A DNA stretch of 63,732 nt, the filler included, from Bigelowiella natans CCMP2755 (lineage: Eukaryota > Protista > Cercozoa), in NCBI GenBank assembly GCA_000320545.1. It is 5 parts of 5 records of this genome, joined end to end, with 100 filler letters (N's around TTAATTAATTAA, not from the genome) between each part and the next. Parts side by side here need not be neighbours in the genome. Positions count along the whole stretch, not along the records: positions 53,357 to 56,385 come from ADNK01003055.1; positions 56,486 to 59,111 come from ADNK01002617.1; positions 59,212 to 63,732 come from ADNK01000807.1; 2 more parts are not named here. One strand, 5' to 3'. The translations under genes and the position numbers were made by a program. Of this stretch, positions 55,111 to 63,732 are shown one piece after another. The stretch's first letter is position 1, and each line of letters opens with the position of its first letter. The notes beneath the pieces are model-generated. The model was not told where the DNA came from. It worked only from the letters and a program-made list of their open reading frames with translations, and did no database searches.

Positions 55111-55589
55111 CGCGAACGAGGTAGCAACTGTCTACTCGCGCCTCCAACTAAACACGGGACAAAGAGGTTGGCTTTGTGATAAACATGCCATTATCATCCT
55201 GACGAGATCTCCATCATCGTCATCATCACTACATCTCAATATCATATCGCAATCGTCTGCGAGGAGGGCCTGCTTCCCGCGCCGTTAGCCGTGCTTGAGT
55301 TGCGGATGACTGCCACCTGTGCGACGTGCGTGGATTCAAGATATGTGATAAGGCGTACAGAAAGCACGGGGGTTGGCATGGGGGAAATCAATGGGACAAG
55401 CTAGGAAGAGAATAATGGCAGGGGCTAAATTTGCGAGCTTCCTCTAAGCAATAATAGTACACTAGGGTGCAGCTCACGGCTAATCTTGGACTCCTCCAGG
55501 AGCAATGTTCCTTGATGAAGCAATTATTGGCGAATCAATACAGTGAAGGGGGGGAGGAGGGGGGGGGGTCGTATTTGTAATGACTCTTA

Positions 55590-55606
55590 ACCCTAACCCT
55601 AACCCT
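55590..55606 (-). repeat. Short interstitial telomere-like (TTAGGG)n
   Basis: ttaaccctaaccctaaccct. Confidence 0.45.
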
Positions 55607-56385
55607 CATCTAATGACTGATGGTGTTCTCTCTACGCATTGTAATGGTGGTGTTAGGAGAGAGCGCATTGCAACGAACAGCAGCGAAGAGAATAATCCGT
55701 AAGAACGCTTGTGAGGTGAGCACCCACCCTCATCATGATCCTGCAGCACCTTCGTCCTGCATATAGGACAGGTTTGGCGCATCTGCAGCCTGAGGAGGAG
55801 AATGGGGGTGGTAACGACGCTGACGATGAGAACATGTACAGAGCAGCGAGTGTCCCTTTACCCCCCCCCCCCCCCCCTCTTCCCCTCGGCCATCCGTCGA
55901 ATCACCACTAATCGTGATAGATTCGAGCATTCTAGCCATAATCATCATCCTGCTTCTTCTCGTCATCATCATCATTATTACCATCATTATCAGTAGTATC
56001 ATTATCATCATCATCATCATCGTCGTCGTCATCGTCGTCATCGTCACTACCACTGGTCGATGCACTTCCTATGAAACAAGTGCGGGCAGGGCAACACCCG
56101 TATTTCTGCAAGAGACGTAGCCCGCAATAAAAAAGAAAAGGGGGGGGGGAGGGGGGGAGGGGGGGGGGGGGACAAGTACAAAGGAGCATTAGTATAGTCT
56201 TAGTAGACGCGGATGATACACACAATCACCAATGAATATCGATATGCTTGCACAAATAAGGCCACGTCTCTATCTCCCTTATAATCATCGTCACTCTCAT
56301 TGGTTCTCCGCATCATCAATAGCACCACCCGCAAATCCATAAAATCTCCTCTCACGCAATGCCGCTCATCATCATCATCATCATC

Positions 56386-56485
56386 NNNNNNNNNNNNNNN
56401 NNNNNNNNNNNNNNNNNNNNNNNNNNNNNTTAATTAATTAANNNNNNNNNNNNNNNNNNNNNNNNNNNNNNNNNNNNNNNNNNNN
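56386..56485. other. Artificial contig linker
   Basis: N-TTAATTAATTAA-N. Confidence 0.97.
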
Positions 56486-57823
56486 GGATTCGTTTTTTTC
56501 ATGCTGTTCCCTTCCTTCTTCTTCGTCCTAAGTTCAACTATTAGCTTTGATTATTGAGCTCAAAGCGAAGAGGGTTCATGTAGAGTAGTCATAAGAATAT
56601 TACAAGTTTGACCCCGCCCCCCCCCCCCGCCACCCTCTCATCGTCAGTATTCTCTTTTCCGTTCCTCACCCCAGAAACCTTTTCCTAAGGAACAATATGT
56701 TGTTCGCATCGGGTATTGATGAGCAATTGCATACAGTATAACGTTAGCAGCAACGAGAATGTCGATTATGCCTTTCCCGCCGATGATGATGATGATAATG
56801 ATGATGACGATGATGATGACGATGTCGACGATGATGATGATGATGACAATGATGATGATGACAACGATGATGTTGATGACGATGATGATTGCCTGCGCAG
56901 CCCTGCATTGGTAACAACTGCGACAACACAAAAAACAGGGACGAAGAGGAAAAAGCACGCGATGTACGGAGACCACTTCAGAGCATACGACGGCCCGATG
57001 CCCAAAGCAACACGGATTGTGTTTTAGTCGAATTAGCAAGAAAGCACCTTGCAGCTTGCTTTTTCTCATACACGTATGTTGTTACGAACATGACGTTTTG
57101 CGGTAAATTATCGTGCGTATGTGCGATGATGCCTTCAATCGTCGCGCCCAAACCGATTGACCATGCTCATCATGTACTTCTAAACATAATCTACCGCAAG
57201 CGCTTATCCCTACACACGCTGACATGTAGCTATGAGAAGTGTTACTAAAGCCCTATGTACACGCGCTGGATGCAAGCTGCTGTACGTTTACAAGCATGGC
57301 TGTACTTAAAAACAATCATTTTACGATATATGCGCACTATGTAATTATGCATAATGTGTTAATAGGTGCTTTTATTTGCGTGACGACAACATTCCCAGAT
57401 GGCTGGTGTGCTCAACCTACATACTCGCGCTGCTCCACATGCGCTAGCTACGACATAATAAATGCGTGCTAAACAATTCTAGAATGAGATGATAATATGT
57501 GATGTCCACACAATCTTCATGCATATTTTTGTACACAGATATAGGTAGAAGACACATATGCTTTAAATGCCTGAAAACATATTAGACGAGACAAATAGAT
57601 ACAATCTAGCAAGCGCTGTAGCCGTTGCTTTGCAGAGCTACATTAGGATGACTATTGAAAAGATATAATCACTTCATTACATCCGTCTCATATACATATA
57701 AGCCTAAATTCCATTGTCCATGCATATGCATGCATGTAGCCTGACTCCCAAAAATATAATCCACACAACTGTAACTTTGTTACAGTATAGCCCCTGTGGT
57801 CCTCCTTCCATTCTGTGGTGGGG

Positions 57824-57931
57824 CTACTGTTTCTGGTTGCCTTCCCGCCTCCAGACATGTGTGCATAGCGGACAGGTAAACTGATTGCTCGTCACCTCGT
57901 TCAAGACCGTCTCATCTTCTGGCAATGTGAG

Positions 57932-57979
<48 letters not shown>

Positions 57980-58800
57980 AGCGGATACGATCGTAATATG
58001 TCATCACTAATCATCCATGCGTTTAAAACACAAAGCAGCAGTGGGTGGCACAAACACACACACACACAAACGGTTGTTAGACCTGCTTCGGAGCATCATT
58101 GAGGACATCGCTGATCTTGGACGTGAAGTACACCTTTGGCGTTCCTTTCAAGATGTCGTACCTACGGAGTATGAGTGAGCGAATGACTGTATGGATGGAA
58201 AAACGGCTCTAGAGAGAAGAGAAAGGCCTTCAAACGATCGCTCGCCCCTGACTAACTTCTTCATCTCATCTTCTGTTTCTCCTTCCTCACAACTCGTTCC
58301 AGAGCCCCACCCATCCTATTTAGGTAAACCGCGCTGACGTACGTTTGCTTCTGCAAGTACTGTGTGGTAAGCTTCAGTGAGTTGGCTTGTGCCTTTTGCT
58401 GCTGCATATCTAATAGTAGTGGTAGTAGTAGTAGTAGTAGTAGTAGAAGAAGAACGCTCAGCAGAAACAAAGATGATGGTATAAACCTCGAGAAACACTA
58501 AATGCACTAATGAGGCTGTATAGGAACACAGCAAGCACGATGATTGTGGCGATGATGGTGATTACGATGATGATGATGAGGAAGAAATAGAAGAATAAGA
58601 AGAACAAGAATACATGGAAATGTCCCCCCCCCCCCCCCCCCCCCCCCCCCCTTTCTCTCTGGAAACACATACACACAAGTGGGATGTAATTTTCTTTTAT
58701 CATCCTCACAACATGCTTTGTCTGACGTTCTTCAGGATGCAAGAACAGCACCACTTAATCGCTTCAAAGATGGCTCTGAGGTAGTTTGTGGCCCTTGTAG
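57824..58800 (-). CDS. 3' exons of a hypothetical protein ending in a CPLC motif
   Basis: Exon-like segments YLRAIFEAIK, YAAAKGTSQLTEAYHTVLAEANVRQRGLPK, YDILKGTPKVYFTSKISDVLNDAPKQ and EDETVLNEVTSNQFTCPLCTHVWRREGNQKQ*. Confidence 0.5.
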
Positions 58801-59067
58801 TGAGTGCATGAGTCAGTGAGGGGGGTGGGGGGGGGAGTTTCATGTGACGCTCTCACTCTAGAGTGGGAAGACTATGTATTTCATCACGAGAAAAGATATA
58901 CAGAGATAATATAGATGTTGTTATAAATATAGCGAGCAAATTCATGGTAGCCCGGGGGGGGGGGGGGGAAAAAATGGAGCTTGCTTAATTTTCCCAAAAA
59001 AAAACCCGCACCCCCACCCACACACACACACACACAACCAAACACCCCCCCCCCTAAAATTACAAAT

Positions 59068-59100
<33 letters not shown>

Positions 59101-59111
59101 GGGTTTTTTTT

Positions 59112-59211
59112 NNNNNNNNNNNNNNNNNNNNNNNNNNNNNNNNNNNNNNNNNNNNTTAATTAATTAANNNNNNNNNNNNNNNNNNNNNNNNNNNNNNNNN
59201 NNNNNNNNNNN
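59112..59211. other. Artificial contig linker
   Basis: N-TTAATTAATTAA-N. Confidence 0.97.
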
Positions 59212-59278
59212 ACAAATTCGTATTACACCATTGTAGTGTCCATCCTCCTCCTCCTCCTCCTCCTCCTCCTCGTCCAAG

Positions 59279-59683
59279 GAGCTGAGTCACACCATGCAGA
59301 TCGCTCTCGTGGCACAGGGTAGTAGCATATATACTGCGTGTTTTGACAGATCTTGTCCTCCTCCTCCTCCCTCTTCTCCTCCTCCTCCTCCTCCTCTTCC
59401 CTATTCCTCGTCTACGTGGCCATTATTGATTTTTGTGTGCTCATCATTCGATTTGGAACCAAAGCCATTCTCCTCATCGCTAGGCAGCATCTTCACTGCT
59501 CTCCCCTCTCTTTTCCCTTCGCTTGCATCCTCTCCGACTTCGTCCTCATCTGCTCCTCCTCTCTCCCCCTCACCCTCAAAGGTGCGCGCGGCTGATCATG
59601 GAGGAGGAAGCTGCCGTGCTGTACTACTGCACGCGCAATTCAAAAGTTTTCAAGGTAGTAGCCTCTACTTATATAATAAATAA

Positions 59684-59729
<46 letters not shown>

Positions 59730-59730
59730 A

Positions 59731-59764
<34 letters not shown>

Positions 59765-60287
59765 ATAACTGACACAAATCACATTTCGGCATGATCTAAT
59801 CGCTGTTCGACTTATGCGCTCATCCTCTGCCTACCTGCCCTGCTACTACACCAGGAGCGAGAGGAGCAGTACCTTCCCTTCGCTGACCACTGCGCGCCAG
59901 CGCTCGAGCGGCTAATCGAGGCGTTCCCGCGCTACGTCGCTATTGGGGAGCTGGAGGGCCTAACGAAGGAAGAGCAGGTTGGTGGTAGTAATAGCAGCGA
60001 GTGGCTCCGCGGTCGTTGGCTTCTTCTTCCTCGGTCCTTGCACGTGTATTTATGTGTATGTGTGTGCGTGTGTGTATGCTGCTAACGTGATATGGCATTT
60101 GCGCCCGAACCTGGCTGGTCGCGCGTTGGTGTTGGCGCGGCCGCCCTCGCTTTTTCTCTATCCTTTGGTTGTCATGTCTTCGTCCTCACCATTACCATCT
60201 AATCTGTTCATCCCCGCGGTATACGCACAGCTGGTCGTTGCAAACGTCTTGTACCAAGCTGGGGTCGTCATAGCAAAGAGCGGGTAG
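59279..60287 (+). CDS. RIOX1: NO66/RIOX1-like ribosomal oxygenase (JmjC), C-terminal exons only
   Basis: The spliced peptide CARLIMEEEAAVLYYCTRNSKVFK|EREEQYLPFADHCAPALERLIEAFPRYVAIGELEGLTKEEQ|LVVANVLYQAGVVIAK resembles the NO66 C-terminal winged-helix region as I recall it (ARL...LYY..ENSR.Y...YP..V..GDL...Q..LA..LY..G). Confidence 0.75.
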
Positions 60288-61017
60288 CAGCGGCGTGTTG
60301 TCACTGCCAGCAGCCTTGGAATAACGCTCCCGCCGCCTGCAGCGGAGCGCGGTTCTCCTACTACGCACTCAGTGATTGGCCCGTCGAGCTTGTCGTTCAC
60401 GTACATCGTAGCCATGTCAATCGATATCATCAAAGAAAGGGTTTTGTACTCATGCACATGCACCTTCCTGTACATGCATGCATGTGCTGCATCTTCATCG
60501 GAGCAACATATGCAGCCTGACTTGTTTGGTCACACAGCTAGCTAGACAGTGCTGTGCGCCATAGCACATATAGACATGCACAATGCCATATTTCTATAAT
60601 GCCAAATAAGCGCGTTTCATGCGCGCATGGCATATGCACAAGGTAGCCACTGTCGTCGTCAGCGCATAAGCTTCTGGATTTGCGTATTATTATACACAAA
60701 GGCTGTGGGCTGCCTCGACCGACGTATGAGGCAAATTCATACTTTATACTCTGTACAGAACATTATTGTTCCATGAGTTTACTTATGGCTGTACGCACCC
60801 GATGCAGCCCACGCGTGACCGAAGCTCCACGCTGTTGCTTGCTATACGGTGCAGGCAGACTAATGTTTGCAAATTGCGAAGAAACCCGATATTGAATCAA
60901 CATGCTATACATGTACAAATCCATTGAGAGACCGCGCTCATGTATGCACAGGCTAGATTGGACAATAGTTTGGAGCAGTGCGCTGACTTATCCCCCCCCC
61001 CTCCTGTGCGTAGCGCA

Positions 61018-61462
61018 TTATCCTTTCTTTTTCTCGCTATCCGAAGGTTGCTTTGGCTGCTGTTCCTTCTGGCTGTCGCCATTACTGGCTTTGAATGCAC
61101 TATCGACCTCAGCAATGATCTTGGCCAGGTCCTCCGCCCACCCCAGCGCCTCTGCGAACGCTAGCGCTCCTGAGAGAAAGAAGGCAGCAGGTTTGATGAG
61201 CTCCTGGAGACGATGGGTTTAACTCAAACGAAAGGGAAAGGGGGGGGGGGGAGGGAAGGAGAGGCGCGAATGCAATGCGAAGGAACCGATCAGCGATGTG
61301 CATCGTGCAAACTACCGTCATCGCAGTCGCCTTTGATGAACACGTCCCGCACGTTGTTCTCCATTCTGGTGTCGGTCGGTGGTTGGTTTTCCAAAACACA
61401 AGTCTCCGCCTCAGGAAGCACAAGCCAAAGCACACGCACACGCCGATTCCCTACACCTGCGT

Positions 61463-61524
<62 letters not shown>

Positions 61525-62037
61525 CACACACACATCCATGCCCACCGCGAAAACAAGGGTGTTCAGGGTGTTATCTTCCTCTCAGTTGGGGGGGGGGGGG
61601 GGAGCGGGAAGTCCTGGTAGATAATGCTGACTGCCGCTGCAGCAAACAAAACAGCTACGACTGCTACTGCTGCTACTGCTCTGATAGTCGTCGTTATCAC
61701 CCGAAGCGAAATCCCTCAGCCTCTTGTCTCTCCTGTCGGAATGATGTTGATGTTAGTGATGATGATGACGATGATGAGGATGATGAGGATGATGATGATG
61801 ATGATGATGAGTATATGATCCGGAGACGTTGTCGACTCGATAAATACTGCTCGAAGGAGGGGAGGAGGAGGGAGAGAGACTTTGATGGATATATGATACC
61901 AATTCAGCGTACGAGGGAAGATGGCATGTGTGTGTGTGTGTGTGTGTGTGTGCGTATTATTACGATCATCTGAAGGAGGAAGTGAGCTCGCATGTCGCCG
62001 CTGCTCGCCAATTCTTTAAGCTGATAAATGGCAGAGA

Positions 62038-62084
<47 letters not shown>

Positions 62085-62351
62085 GAGAGAGAGGGAGAGA
62101 GAGAATTGATCTAGATTGAATATACACATCTTGCGTAAGAGAGGAAGAGAGAGAGGGGGGGGGGGGAGGGGAATAAGGAGAGCGAAGTATGTTACGCATC
62201 ACAATCCGACTTGCTCTTTGTCGGGCAGGCCACTCATAGCTCTTGCCTGTCCCACTGGCTCTCTGTTAAACAGAATCCGCACGCACTCCTGCGGTGAAAG
62301 AGATGAGAAAAATATTTATATGATACGCGCAAAATATGAGTCTATTCGCAA

Positions 62352-62389
<38 letters not shown>

Positions 62390-62474
62390 CACGCGCACGC
62401 AACGCACAAAGACCTTATCGACTTCATCAACGAGCCCCGCGAATGGGTGGACCTTCACAGCAGCAGCATCCGTC

Positions 62475-62508
<34 letters not shown>

Positions 62509-62895
62509 CAGAAGTAGTCAAGAAGTAGCTGGTATTGGTGGGGAAAAGACTGAGAAGAAGAAAGAAGACCGCCGTTGTGGGTCAGCTTTCTTGCTGTTTG
62601 ATGATTTGTGACGCCTCTCCTCCTTACCTGCAGCGAGGTGCCCAGTACTAGAAGCAGGTCGCACTTGGGCATATCCTCCGCCGATAAGCGATGAAACCTA
62701 TGATGATGATGATGACGACGACGACGATGATGATGATGATGACGATGTTGATGATGACGACTAGGAGTGCGGCTATAGAATAGGAAATCATGGGGAAGAG
62801 GGAAGGGGCTGCTACCGTTTGGGTAAACTCTCGCCAAAGAACACGATGTCCGGCTGATGGATTAAAAACACAATTATTATTCATATGATATATGC

Positions 62896-62948
<53 letters not shown>

Positions 62949-63221
62949 TAGCTGTAGTGTTTGCGCGTGTGCATATATCTGATATTCAACTAAACACGAG
63001 AGGGGCAGGGAAAGGGAACGAGACTGGAAATATGATAATATGAGCATCAATCATCACCATTGACCGCAAACCTCATTATGACCACCTCATTCGCAGCACA
63101 TCACCATCATCATCGTCATCGTCACCATCATCATCACAAGCGAGTAGCAGCAGTGGGCTGAATATACCTTGACGAGCCCTGAGCACTTGCTGCATCGAGG
63201 CACCTTATCAGCGAAGATCTC
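61018..63221 (-). CDS. NAD-dependent deacetylase, Sir2 family class I (SIRT2/3/Hst2-like), 3' half
   Basis: PRCSKCSGLVK|PDIVFFGESLPKR|...DMPKCDLLLVLGTSLQ|VHPFAGLVDEV...RILFNREPVG...RDVFIKGDCDDG|ALAFAEALGWAEDL; stop at 61018. Confidence 0.92.
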
Positions 63222-63732
63222 CTGACAACCCCCAAACACGCAACACGGAGCAGCACGCGCATGCACGCACGATAATAAGTAGTAAGATGTAATACTGCAC
63301 ACACCCATATGTCTTAGGAGTTACGTGTATATCAATCCGAGGATCCATTTGGGTCTCGGGGGGGGGGGGGGGGTGCAAAGCACCCTGCTATCATCATCCC
63401 CATCATCATGACTATTATCTCCAAAAAGCAGCTTCCCTAGCAGTATAGCGGGGGGGGGAGAGGAGAAGCAACAACAGTATCACCCTCGGGGTGGGGGTGG
63501 GGGGGGGGAAAACACCTTTTTGAAAACTTCCGGGGAAGCGAAAACCCGCTTTGTGCAACCGGGGGAGCTAAATCCCCCAGGGCCCGGGAGAACCTGTCCT
63601 GATGGCCAAAAACATCATTTTCGCTCCCTCCCCCTCCTCACACAGTATGATAACCACTCGCATGAAAATATGTTGGGTGGAGGTTTCGAAACGCTTTTCT
63701 CTGGTACCCCCCCCCCCCCCCATTCCCGAGTG

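Noticed and set aside
53357-56385. Possible exon fragments at ~53450-53810 (-) and ~55150-55850
   Set aside because: No recognisable motif or consistent exon chain could be assembled by eye.
29241-59211. Four copies of TTAATTAATTAA flanked by Ns
   Set aside because: Assembly linker with stops in all frames, not a biological repeat; genes on either side are not necessarily neighbours.

Overview
Eukaryotic, intron-rich, protist-like genomic DNA. It consists of five contigs joined by artificial 100-nt N44-TTAATTAATTAA-N44 linkers, so adjacency across the linkers is not meaningful. Recognisable spliced genes are a UBA-containing USP/C19 deubiquitinase (USP25/28/Ubp2-like), a flavin amine oxidase (3' part), a PP1-like Ser/Thr phosphatase, a tandem two-receiver response regulator, an intronless winged-helix histone H1, a UPF1/DNA2-Nam7-type SF1B helicase, the 3' end of a NO66/RIOX1-like oxygenase and the 3' half of a class I sirtuin, plus several unknown ORFs. 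The most striking signal is not a gene. Introns are full of TA and of (TA)n/(AGT)n microsatellites, yet kilobase-scale intergenic islands are almost free of TpA except in CTAG, and are rich in CA/TG. Local duplications inside these islands differ by TA/TG and CA/TG swaps at aligned sites, and the decayed ORFs have His/Cys but almost no Tyr. This fits a targeted, double-stranded TpA->TpG/CpA (A:T->G:C) hypermutation of non-genic or silenced DNA, a mirror image of fungal RIP that spares CTAG. All counts are by eye and gene boundaries are approximate.
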